This document shows, piece after piece, positions 55,719 through 64,000 of a DNA stretch of 64,000 bases; the stretch's first letter is position 1, and each line of letters begins with the position of its first letter. The position numbers and the translations under genes were made by a program. The notes under the pieces were generated by a model that saw only the letters and a program-made list of their open reading frames with translations, was not told where the DNA came from and did no database searches. The stretch is taken from positions 24,860 through 88,859 of the forward strand of contig NTJQ01000004.1 of the NCBI GenBank assembly GCA_002457555.1, in the 5' to 3' direction. The DNA comes from Marine Group II euryarchaeote MED-G37. Its GTDB lineage: Archaea; Thermoplasmatota; Poseidoniia; Poseidoniales; Thalassarchaeaceae.

Positions 55719-56210
55719 TTACTCTTCCAAACGCTGAACAGAGATGATTTTTTGAGGGTCATAAGGCCTATCTCCAGGCTTAGTATCACAGTTCTCAATC
55801 TTGTAGACATTTTCCATACCCTCGATAACCTCTCCAAAAACCGCATGATTTCCGTCCAACCAAGGTGTTGGAACAGTGGTTAGGAAGAATTGTGAGCCTC
55901 CAGTATTAGGCCCTGCGTTTGCCATGGAAAATAGGCCCGGTCTGTCGTGTTTTTTTGCCAAAGCGGATGACTCGCAAGGAATTTTCCAACCAGGGCCGCC
56001 TGTTCCTGCTCTTCCATCGAGAGGATCCTTTGACCTTGGACATCCGCCTTGGATCATGAAATTCTTAATTACGCGATGGAAGTGTAATCCGTTGTAGAAT
56101 CCCTCATCGACTAATTTGAGGAAGTTGCCTGTTGTCTCAGGGCAATCCTCTGTATACAGTGCTATGTCAATATCTCCGGTGCTTGTCGTCATTCTAACCA
56201 TAGTAGGCAT
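55719..56210 (-). CDS. Cyclophilin-type peptidyl-prolyl cis-trans isomerase
   Basis: 163 aa. [28 protein letters not shown] and HAVFGEV motifs. Confidence 0.93.
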   Translation of the reverse strand: MPTMVRMTTSTGDIDIALYTEDCPETTGNFLKLVDEGFYNGLHFHRVIKNFMIQGGCPRSKDPLDGRAGTGGPGWKIPCESSALAKKHDRPGLFSMANAGPNTGGSQFFLTTVPTPWLDGNHAVFGEVIEGMENVYKIENCDTKPGDRPYDPQKIISVQRLEE

Positions 56211-56256
56211 GACCCCTACGAGGGGCGTCTAGTCCAATAGCATGACGATTGAATTG

Positions 56257-56826
56257 TCACTCTTCGCTGACCAGATTGGAATTGATTTCCTTGAGTAAAT
56301 CTCTGATTTCAATTAAAACGTCACCGGATTCTGTTGAAGGGCTAGAATGTTGAGTTGGGGCTGCCATCAATGAGTCCCTGTGTTGAAGTACGACATCGCG
56401 GAATTGGTCTGCGTTTTTCACCCCGGACAGTATGAAAGGTGCAGCCCCGGCTGTCTCGAATTGCATCTTTACAACTCCGAGTGCTTTCAGAATTGGACCT
56501 TCGGAAATTGATACATCAGTAAGTTTGTCTAGAGCAATGTTCTGTTGTTTTTTGAATAACCAACCCATACGCATATTGAGAGAACGAGTAGTTAGGGCTC
56601 CGCTCATATGTTCGTACTGCTTCTGGTGAACTATCCAACCAAATGGAATCCAAATCAGCATCAATGGGATTCCTATAAATGTCGTCAGGAGGCCTAAATT
56701 AGCCATTAACCACCAATAAATGATGATTTTTCTGTCGAATTCTACAGACATAATTTGGCCGCTATCGGCGTAACCCGCCTTTTCTTGCATGATTTCTGGA
56801 ACTACGCCCGGGTTATTCAATATCAC
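56257..56826 (-). CDS. Membrane protein with bacterial-type PH domain (bPH_2 / YdbS-like)
   Basis: 189 aa. A TM hairpin (IIIYWWLMANLGLLTTFIGIPLMLIWIPFGWIV) followed by TTRSLNMRMGWLFKKQQNIALDKLTDVSISEGPILKALGVVKMQFETAG. Confidence 0.62.
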   Translation of the reverse strand: MILNNPGVVPEIMQEKAGYADSGQIMSVEFDRKIIIYWWLMANLGLLTTFIGIPLMLIWIPFGWIVHQKQYEHMSGALTTRSLNMRMGWLFKKQQNIALDKLTDVSISEGPILKALGVVKMQFETAGAAPFILSGVKNADQFRDVVLQHRDSLMAAPTQHSSPSTESGDVLIEIRDLLKEINSNLVSEE

Positions 56827-57221
56827 TAAGCAACCATCGACCCAGGTTTGACTTCTTTTGGTAGTTCTAACAGCCTAACTATACCATCTGGGTCTAAGGC
56901 GCCTAGGACTAGGAATTGGCTAACAAAACCAGTCGGTAACGTCTTGTCGCCGAGATTCAATGCTCCAACTACACTCCGTCCGACCAACTCTGCTCGAGAA
57001 TAGTTGGTAATCTGGGCCGAGCTCCAAAGCCTGCCAATAACAGGACCGAAATCCACTTCGATTTTGTAAGAGGGTTTTCGCATCTCCGGAAACTCTTCGA
57101 CTTTGAGGATAATTCCTGATCTCAAATCTAATTCGAAGTAAGCAGCAGCTCCAACGTAGTCCTTTTTCTCGAGTTTCTCAGGGTGGTACGGCTCGCTAGA
57201 ATCAATTACATGTTCCGACAT
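56826..57221 (-). CDS. csaA: tRNA-binding domain protein (CsaA/Trbp111/EMAP-like)
   Basis: 131 aa. FELDLRSGIILKVEEFPEMRKPSYKIEVDFGPVIGRLWSSAQITNY...VVGALNLG matches the OB-fold tRNA-binding domain consensus. Confidence 0.78.
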   Translation of the reverse strand: MSEHVIDSSEPYHPEKLEKKDYVGAAAYFELDLRSGIILKVEEFPEMRKPSYKIEVDFGPVIGRLWSSAQITNYSRAELVGRSVVGALNLGDKTLPTGFVSQFLVLGALDPDGIVRLLELPKEVKPGSMVA

Positions 57222-57806
57222 TCACTCACCAGTTACGTCGGAGCGTAGAATTAGAGGATGTAAGCTAATTCCTGCAGATTGGAAGGCATCTTGACCTCCT
57301 TCCTCTCTATCTAGAATTGTAATACAAGCCGCAACGTCGCAGCCCATATCGATTAGTCGAGTGGCGGCTTTCAAAGCCGAGCCGCCAGTTGTGGTCACAT
57401 CCTCTAACAAAACCACACGGTCGTCTTCACGCAGAGTTGAGCCTTCTATACCCGGAGGATTTCCTGTTTTGCGACCACCTCGGCCCTTTGCTTCCTTACG
57501 AACTAGAAAGCCACGGAGATCTGATCCTTTTCCGGCCTTTGCAATTGCAATACCGGTGAGCGGCACCGCTCCTAATTCAAGTCCGCCAACCGCCTCGACT
57601 CCGCCAATCGATTCGATTTCGGCGTGGAGCAGTACCCCGATTAGGTGGGCGCACTCTGGATCCATCATTACTGGCTTCATGTCAAAGAAATGTGGGCTCT
57701 TTCGGCCACTCGCAAGAGTGAATAATTCATCCGGAGAATGGAGATATGCTAAATCGCGAACGCGCTCGATTAGGCGTTGTTTTGCTTCCACAACCGTAGT
57801 CGACAT
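57222..57806 (-). CDS. pyrE: Orotate phosphoribosyltransferase
   Basis: 194 aa. PRPP-binding motif RVVLLEDVTTTGGS and FTLASGRKSPHFFD. Abuts csaA with no gap. Confidence 0.9.
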   Translation of the reverse strand: MSTTVVEAKQRLIERVRDLAYLHSPDELFTLASGRKSPHFFDMKPVMMDPECAHLIGVLLHAEIESIGGVEAVGGLELGAVPLTGIAIAKAGKGSDLRGFLVRKEAKGRGGRKTGNPPGIEGSTLREDDRVVLLEDVTTTGGSALKAATRLIDMGCDVAACITILDREEGGQDAFQSAGISLHPLILRSDVTGE

Positions 57807-57946
57807 GCCTCTTCCCTTCCATTTCGGCTTGGTAGTAATCGGATGAAGGTTCGCACTCGGGCGGTCCTGAAAGAGCGGGAAGACAGTGAATGTTCTTGGA
57901 CGGTCTAGTCCGGTAGTCGAATGTTCAGCAGCGGAGCGTATGCGAC

Positions 57947-60900
57947 ATGATAGGTCAGGACAGCCCCGAAATCGTAGTCGACGAGGCTCGTCTTTCTAGC
58001 GAACTAGAGTCATACAGAAACTGGCTTGAAGAAAATACTGAGAAGGCTTACCTGATCGCTCAAGAGGCTCGCTCCAAGGGGTTGGATTTCGCTGACACTG
58101 TTGAAATTCCACGTGCTGCGGACTTGGCAAGTAGGACAGAGAAATTGCTTGAAGAATACCTTAGACCAACTCCAGAAGAAGACCCCATTAGAATTGAGGA
58201 TGATTTACGTAAGTTGCTCGGCAAGGTCGATCGTGAGACGGCTTCGATCCAAATCGCGGTCGACGTTGGGAAAAGAATGCACAAACTAACGGCTGATGTT
58301 AGACGCTCAATCGACACTGGCCTTCGTGTTGGTTTAGCGGTACTTACCGAGGCTGTTCTAGTCGCACCTTTGGAGGGCATCGGCGATGTTAAGATTCTAA
58401 ATAATGAGGATGGAACTGAGTTCCTATCAATCGAGTTCTGCGGGCCAATTAGAGCCGCAGGAGGTACCGCACAGGCTCTCGGTGTACTGATTGGAGACAT
58501 GGTTAGGCGTGAGTTAGGTTTGAATCGATACATCCCCAGCACTCCTGAAGTTGAGAGGGTAAAGGAAGAATTTGGCCTGTATCGAAAAGGATTGCAGTAC
58601 AAGCCTCCGCCTGAAGAAATTGAAATGATTGTCAGAGCCTGTCCGGTGATGATTAACGGAGAGTCCACGGAGGATATCGAATGTTCAGGATATAAGGAAG
58701 TTCGCAATATTGAGGGAGCCCGAGTTAGAGGTGGAGTTCTACTCGTAATTGGTGAGGGTCTATGTCTCAAGGCCCCCAAGGTTCAGAAACACACGGACCG
58801 GCTAAATATCCCCGGATGGGATTTCATTGCTCACTTCGCCTCCAAAGGAAAAACTGAGGAAGAGGATAATTCATTCAAGCGTCGAGTAATCAAAACGGAT
58901 TCTCGATTTATGCAGGATGTAATCGCTGGCCGCCCCGTTTTCGGTGAACCTAGTCAGCCTGGCGCTTTTCGAATAAGATATGGTCGCAGTAGGGCATCTG
59001 GATTGGCTGCCGCTGGAGTCAATCCTGTGTCTATGGAAGCGATGCAAGGATTCCTTGCTGTTGGAACTCAGATGAAAGTCGAGCGTCCCGGAAAGGCGGC
59101 TGCGGTTACTCCAACTGTCGATATCGAAGGACCAATGGTATTGCTGGAAGATGGAGGATTCCATAGGATAGATTCGATAGATGAATGGAATAGTATCAAG
59201 GATAATGTTGCCAGCATTTGGGATTCTGGAGAGATGTTAGTTGGGTTTGGGGAGTTCCTTGAGAATAACAAGAATCTAGTCCCATCACCCTACAATAAAG
59301 ACTGGTGGGCTGCTGACCTCGCGGAAAACCTCAATCAGCCGCAAAAGGTCGAAGAATTCGCCTCAATAATTGGTGTTAATCGAGACCATTTACCTCCTGG
59401 GTTGCCGTTTAATGGTGCGATTAGTCGTGGCGGAGAACCAGCTTTAGAGCGCGTTAGACGTAAGCGGGATTGGAATCGCTATCTTCGCAACCTCGAGATG
59501 GATTGGCGGCAAATTAAGCAAATATGTAGCAAATTCGGAACGGCCCCCCCGCCTCCATTCAACCCGTGGTGGTCGGACCTTCCACTGTCATTTACTGGGA
59601 AATTAATCGAGGCATTGCTAAACTCCAAAATCAAGAGTAAGGGGCTAAGGATTCCTGATGTCGTTCAGGGGTGGTCGCCTGAACAAAAACTTGAGGATAT
59701 TGGGCTTGATACACCTTCGACTGGAGTTTGGCCGAGATGGACGAAAGTCCAGACGCATGGAGTAATCAAATCTTCACTATTGGTTCTAGGAATACAACAC
59801 CACCATCGCCGTGGCGATATTGTGATTCCATCTAATTGGGATGCACTATTGGAAGGGTTAGGACTAGAGGTTGAAGGTTCGCAAATCAAAATACGCACCG
59901 ATGCAGGGCCACATATCACCGATCGAGTAGCCAAAATTAGAGCTTCAACCGATACCCTACAAGCGGAATACGCTCGAAGGGAGGAGGTTGAGGCAGAGCG
60001 TGACGTAGAGCGAGTCAGGGCACAAACCGCTGCACGACAACGAGGGATGAGTATCGCTGAGACTGAGAAAGAAGGCGATGAGGCGGCTGAAGCAATCGAA
60101 GACCCAGGGCCGCCAGAACCGAAGGAATTGATGGCCGCCCAACATATCCTAGACGATCACGAGGTAGACAGGTCGCTTTGGTTGGTTAGAAAATTATCTA
60201 ATCTTAGGTGGGAAGATGCAGTACCTTGCCGAGTCGGTTCAAGAATGGGGCGGCCTGAGAAAGCAAGTAGGCGTGAAATGAAGCCATTAGTCCATTCATT
60301 GTTCCCAATCGGCGACCACGGTGGGCCCCAGCGCTTGCTAGGAGAAGCCGCAAAGCGAGGTCATATCCGGGTAGAGACCGGGCCTCGAATATGTGCAAAA
60401 TGTGGTATGGAGTCGCCGATGCTAAGATGCCACAATCGCCCGGATGCCTCTATCCCAGAAGAGTGTGGAGGGAAAACTCGCCCTCGGCCGATCAGAGGAA
60501 ATAGAAATCCTCGAAGATTAGGTCAAAGGACTAGCATTCCAGTGGCAGGATTACTTGAGGTAAAACGACGCTCTCTCGGCCTAGACCGGTTGCCAGGAAA
60601 AATCAAGGCAGTAAAGGGCCTAATGTCCTATGGACAAACACCTGAACCGATGGAAAAAGGTATACTACGAGCAAGAAATGAGCTCTCAGTCTTTAGGGAC
60701 GGGACGGCAAGATACGATATGATTGATGTTCCGGTAACCCATTTTCGACCTTCTGAAATCCATACATCCTGGGAGATATTGAGTAAACTAGGATACACTC
60801 ATGACGTCGACGGTAAACAATTAACCGGAGATGAACAAATTCTAGAATTATTTCCTCAAGATTTCATTCCTTCTTCGCTAGCGATAGAGCATTTGACTTC

Positions 60901-61924
60901 GACTTGTAATTTCGTCGATGAGTTACTTACTCGATTCTATGAAATGGAACCCTTCTACAGCGTAAACTCCGCTGATGATTTAGTTGGCCATCTAGCAATT
61001 GGTTTGGCTCCCCACACCTCCGGAGGAGTATTGTGCCGGATCATTGGTTGGACCGACGCATCGGCCGGCTATGCCCACCCGCTATTCCACGCGGCAAAGC
61101 GTCGTAATTGCGATGGTGATGAAGACAGTATCATGATGCTAATGGATGGTTTGTTGAATTTCTCAAGATCGATTCTTCCGGCCAATCGGGGAGGCAGAAT
61201 GGATGCACCTCTAGTATTGACCACTAGGCTCAATCCCTCAGAGATTGACAAAGAGGCATTGAATGTCGACTGTTCATGGCAGTACCCTAGGGCTTTCTAC
61301 GAGGCATCTCAAGCACAGCCGCACCCTGCCGAGTTGAAGTCTCACATCGAGATTGTAGAGCATCGTCTCGGTACTAATGGTGACCTCCGCGGATATGGCT
61401 GGACTCACGATTCCGGCGCTCTAGATGCGGGGCCCGCTAATTCGTCATACAAGACTCTGAAGACGATGGTCGACAAGATGACTGCTCAATTAGAACTCGG
61501 ATCAAAGTTACGTCCGGTTGATGTTTCTAAGGTTGCAAGTCAGGTGATTGAATCCCACTTCTTACCTGATTTGAGAGGAAATCTTGTTGCTTTCACTAGA
61601 CAGAAAGTTCGCTGTGTTAGATGTGGTGAGTCTTACAGAAGAATGCCGTTAGCGGGGCGTTGTATTCAACGTAAGGGAAACCAGGATGGGGGCCCTACAC
61701 TTTCCAATGGGCGAGATGAAGACTCCTCTATGTGTGGCGGAAATGTAGTGCTGACTGTATCGGAAGGTTCTGTAAGAAAATACATCAAAGTCACTCAACA
61801 CGTCATGGAGAATTACGGAGTTGACCTTTACACAAGACAGCGTGTCGATTGGTTATCCGATAGTGTAGATTCTCTGTTCAATGATGATACTGTGACTGTA
61901 ATGACACTAAGCGACTTTCTCTGA
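57947..61924 (+). CDS. polC: DNA polymerase II (PolD) large subunit DP2
   Basis: 1325 aa. Conserved N-terminus (YRNWLEENTEKAYLIAQEARSKGLDFADTVEIPRAADLASRTEKLL). Zinc clusters CAKCG...CHN and CVRCG...CGG. LGLAPHTSGGV and KRRNCDGDEDS catalytic-region motifs. Continuous, with no intein-like insertion. Confidence 0.93.
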   Translation: MIGQDSPEIVVDEARLSSELESYRNWLEENTEKAYLIAQEARSKGLDFADTVEIPRAADLASRTEKLLEEYLRPTPEEDPIRIEDDLRKLLGKVDRETASIQIAVDVGKRMHKLTADVRRSIDTGLRVGLAVLTEAVLVAPLEGIGDVKILNNEDGTEFLSIEFCGPIRAAGGTAQALGVLIGDMVRRELGLNRYIPSTPEVERVKEEFGLYRKGLQYKPPPEEIEMIVRACPVMINGESTEDIECSGYKEVRNIEGARVRGGVLLVIGEGLCLKAPKVQKHTDRLNIPGWDFIAHFASKGKTEEEDNSFKRRVIKTDSRFMQDVIAGRPVFGEPSQPGAFRIRYGRSRASGLAAAGVNPVSMEAMQGFLAVGTQMKVERPGKAAAVTPTVDIEGPMVLLEDGGFHRIDSIDEWNSIKDNVASIWDSGEMLVGFGEFLENNKNLVPSPYNKDWWAADLAENLNQPQKVEEFASIIGVNRDHLPPGLPFNGAISRGGEPALERVRRKRDWNRYLRNLEMDWRQIKQICSKFGTAPPPPFNPWWSDLPLSFTGKLIEALLNSKIKSKGLRIPDVVQGWSPEQKLEDIGLDTPSTGVWPRWTKVQTHGVIKSSLLVLGIQHHHRRGDIVIPSNWDALLEGLGLEVEGSQIKIRTDAGPHITDRVAKIRASTDTLQAEYARREEVEAERDVERVRAQTAARQRGMSIAETEKEGDEAAEAIEDPGPPEPKELMAAQHILDDHEVDRSLWLVRKLSNLRWEDAVPCRVGSRMGRPEKASRREMKPLVHSLFPIGDHGGPQRLLGEAAKRGHIRVETGPRICAKCGMESPMLRCHNRPDASIPEECGGKTRPRPIRGNRNPRRLGQRTSIPVAGLLEVKRRSLGLDRLPGKIKAVKGLMSYGQTPEPMEKGILRARNELSVFRDGTARYDMIDVPVTHFRPSEIHTSWEILSKLGYTHDVDGKQLTGDEQILELFPQDFIPSSLAIEHLTSTCNFVDELLTRFYEMEPFYSVNSADDLVGHLAIGLAPHTSGGVLCRIIGWTDASAGYAHPLFHAAKRRNCDGDEDSIMMLMDGLLNFSRSILPANRGGRMDAPLVLTTRLNPSEIDKEALNVDCSWQYPRAFYEASQAQPHPAELKSHIEIVEHRLGTNGDLRGYGWTHDSGALDAGPANSSYKTLKTMVDKMTAQLELGSKLRPVDVSKVASQVIESHFLPDLRGNLVAFTRQKVRCVRCGESYRRMPLAGRCIQRKGNQDGGPTLSNGRDEDSSMCGGNVVLTVSEGSVRKYIKVTQHVMENYGVDLYTRQRVDWLSDSVDSLFNDDTVTVMTLSDFL

Positions 61925-61927
61925 AAT

Positions 61928-62686
61928 TTAGACTAGGAACCCCAAATGTTGTAGAACCTCAGCCATCCACTGAAGTTTGACCAATTTGCGTTTAGGGTTG
62001 GTCGTTCCTGACCACTCTCCTACTAGATCTGTTCGAGTTCCAAGAAGTAAGATATCGTCTCTTTGCACTCCTAATGCTCGTGCGAAGCATACCGCTCGAT
62101 CGCCGTCAGTAAAACCACCAGGATTGTGCATTCCTTCAATCGATTCGGGTGTTTGATGAGTAAGTACAATTGGTGGAGGCGAACGTTGAGAACTTGCCAA
62201 TTCTAACAATTCCGACCATGAATCAGAATTATCGCCATGAGCGTGTAAAATTACCGGCACGCCCCGCTTAACTGCGGCAACCGTGCCTTCTCCGCCGTCC
62301 CCATCACTAACGATGCAAACCAAGCGCGACCAAGCCCGCTCCGAGACTGAATTAGGAAGTGTATCCAATACTCCACATGAGCCATCTGCGGCAATGAGGA
62401 GGCAGTTACTTTCCAGTATCTCTTCGACTTCGTCTGTGGTTATCGCCGCGCCAAGAATAGCAACCTTGGTGTCTCGGAGTACCAATCTCCTATGCAAAGA
62501 AGCGACTGTTTGTGCTCTCCAAGGTTTTGACCAAGATTCAATCTCGTAATCATCTAATTTAGAGGCTAAGGCAAGCGCGCTATCGATATCTGCTTGGAGT
62601 CCCCAACCGAAGTGTTCACGCACCTCATTCTGTAGTTCGAGCAAACGCTCGTCAACTGGATTGAGGTCGGTGGGTTTAGGCTGCAT
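61928..62686 (-). CDS. mptE: MptE-like 6-hydroxymethyl-7,8-dihydropterin pyrophosphokinase (DUF115 family)
   Basis: VAILGAAITT, LLIAADGSCGVL, IVSDGDGG and HAHGDN motifs are characteristic of archaeal MptE. The start is taken at ATG 62686 (MQPKPTDL); the longest ORF reaches 62782 and would overlap priL. Confidence 0.58.
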   Translation of the reverse strand: MQPKPTDLNPVDERLLELQNEVREHFGWGLQADIDSALALASKLDDYEIESWSKPWRAQTVASLHRRLVLRDTKVAILGAAITTDEVEEILESNCLLIAADGSCGVLDTLPNSVSERAWSRLVCIVSDGDGGEGTVAAVKRGVPVILHAHGDNSDSWSELLELASSQRSPPPIVLTHQTPESIEGMHNPGGFTDGDRAVCFARALGVQRDDILLLGTRTDLVGEWSGTTNPKRKLVKLQWMAEVLQHLGFLV

Positions 62687-62753
62687 CAGACAGTTCTCCA
62701 GTGGAAGGATTCGGTGAGTCTTGAAATACCCTCTCGATATATTGCGGCTTACA

Positions 62754-63947
62754 ATGCCAATGCCGCTCACTCCACCGGCCATCGAAGATGAGTCCGTATT
62801 AGCGCGCTACCCCTTCCTTCCACAGAGTCGAAACTTCATTCGTAACCAACTAAATGGCAATGGAATTTCTGTTGAAGGGCTTATCGAAGAGCCTTGGTTA
62901 GAAGATATCAGACGGCGTGGAAGTTTACGTCTAGTCGAATCGGTTGTTCACAAGGAGGGAGTTGACTCAACCACTACCGTCGACCTGTCCTCTGACGTTG
63001 GTCGTATGACTGAGGCTCTATCCTTCTTACACGCTATGCTAGTCGTCTGTGCTTCATTCGAAGAACGACTGCTGAACCGCTGGGTGGAAGGTGAGTCGAG
63101 TCGAGCAGACCAACTTTTTGGAATAGATGCAAGTCACTTCGAAATTATCGCCCGCACCTATCTGTCCGATATTCGTAGTGAACCGGCTGCCGGTACGACT
63201 GAAATCATCTATCATGTTCCCATGGTAGATTTCTTAGAACTATGTCCGAAAATAACCGGCGGGTATTGGAGACTGGTAAACCGGCCGGTGAAGGAAGGCT
63301 GGGTGCAAATGGATCCTGCTAGTGGAGAAAACAGTCAACAGCGTACTGCACGCCTATTGAAGGAGCGAGTTCGTCAATCATTGACTGAGGATTGTACCGA
63401 CAGGATGGATAAGATGGACGATGCCTTTGCGGGGCTGTTTGCCGATCCAGTCGATCGAATTCTCGGCCTGCTATCTGAACGGGTAAGCGCTGAGATGCCT
63501 ATGACGGCCGCCGTGCGAGAGGATTGGCCGCCTTGCTTCGAATCTGCAGTGGCTGAATTGAGTCAGGGCATCAATGTCAATCACACAGGACGAGTATTTT
63601 TGGCCGCTATGTCAAGAGCAATGCAGCATACGCCAGAAATCACCTGCTCGTTTTTCGCAAACGCCCCCGACTACAATGCCGAAACCACATCATATCAAGT
63701 GGGACACATCTACGAACACCAATACACACCTCACGGATGCTCTGCACTGAAAACTGGTGCTCGCTGCCCTGTAAATCCGGGAGACGATCGTTTGTGTGAT
63801 CAAGAGTGGATGAACCATCCGCTAAAATATCTCAGAGCCAAGCAACGAAGACGATACCAGAATGAAGGTCATTTGTCTCAATCCGAAGACACCAAAGAAC
63901 GCACAGAAGGTGCTTCTGAAACGAGCAATCCTGCCGATTCTTCATAA
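62754..63947 (+). CDS. priL: DNA primase large subunit PriL
   Basis: N-terminal ARYPFLPQS, WPPCFESAV (the PPC motif of the Fe-S domain), NHTGRVFLAAM, and C-terminal cysteines HGCSALKTGARCPVNPGDDRLC. The start is taken at ATG 62754; the track start 62721 is TTG. Confidence 0.78.
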   Translation: MPMPLTPPAIEDESVLARYPFLPQSRNFIRNQLNGNGISVEGLIEEPWLEDIRRRGSLRLVESVVHKEGVDSTTTVDLSSDVGRMTEALSFLHAMLVVCASFEERLLNRWVEGESSRADQLFGIDASHFEIIARTYLSDIRSEPAAGTTEIIYHVPMVDFLELCPKITGGYWRLVNRPVKEGWVQMDPASGENSQQRTARLLKERVRQSLTEDCTDRMDKMDDAFAGLFADPVDRILGLLSERVSAEMPMTAAVREDWPPCFESAVAELSQGINVNHTGRVFLAAMSRAMQHTPEITCSFFANAPDYNAETTSYQVGHIYEHQYTPHGCSALKTGARCPVNPGDDRLCDQEWMNHPLKYLRAKQRRRYQNEGHLSQSEDTKERTEGASETSNPADSS

Positions 63948-64000
63948 TGGGGAAGGCCTCATTGCACTTCGCAACGGAGGCTTCCAGTATGGTGCGGACA

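Noticed and set aside
57947-61924. Intein in PolD DP2
   Set aside because: The length (1325 aa) is within the intein-free range. I saw no Cys/Ser...His-Asn splice-junction block or homing-endonuclease (LAGLIDADG) motif interrupting the conserved regions.
63947-64000. Possible new + strand ORF starting at the TAATG overlap with the priL stop (MGKASLHFATEASSMVRT...)
   Set aside because: Only 18 codons are visible before the window ends, which is insufficient to call a gene.
1-64000. tRNA, rRNA, CRISPR arrays, transposases, integrases or prophage genes
   Set aside because: Inspection of all intergenic gaps longer than 40 nt showed no cloverleaf-compatible sequence, no regularly spaced direct repeats and no recombinase-like ORF. 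This is a by-eye assessment only; tRNAscan-SE or Infernal would be decisive.

Overview
This window looks like a chromosomal segment from an uncultured archaeon, plausibly a marine euryarchaeote of the MGII/MGIII type; that lineage guess is an inference. Archaeal hallmarks include the S13-S4-S11-RpoD cluster, the PolD large subunit (DP2), primase PriL, archaeal-type LeuRS and MetAP2, MptE-like HPPK and a pantoate-kinase-like GHMP kinase. Bacterial-type metabolic genes are mixed in: MaeB, ATP-PckA, homodimeric AceE, class II fumarase, CGFS-Grx with BolA, and an M32 carboxypeptidase. The window is densely coding, with about 48 CDS and frequent SD-like GGAGG/GAGGTG motifs. Three very large envelope proteins are present: a 2862-aa propeller/FN3 surface protein, an 867-aa thrombospondin-type-3-repeat protein and a 1252-aa polytopic membrane protein. 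By eye I found no rRNA, tRNA, CRISPR array, transposase or integrase. The most unusual locus is an 861-nt gap with no credible ORF (53200..54060) between two convergent gene ends. It is strongly purine-rich on the + strand, has a BRE/TATA-like element, several tetraloop-capped hairpins (cUUCGg, GCAA, GAGA) and five copies of a GGWGG..AACCGG(A/T) module. I propose it encodes an unclassified large structured ncRNA. Other notable items are a ribbon-helix-helix domain fused to fumarase, a 21-codon metallothionein-like micro-ORF with 9 Cys and its own TATA box, a zinc-ribbon insertion in RpoD, a zinc-ribbon/SAP-domain protein divergent from an IGHMBP2/Hcs1-like helicase, and an Arg-rich PD-(D/E)XK-like protein. 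All functional calls come from reading motifs in the translations; no database search was run.
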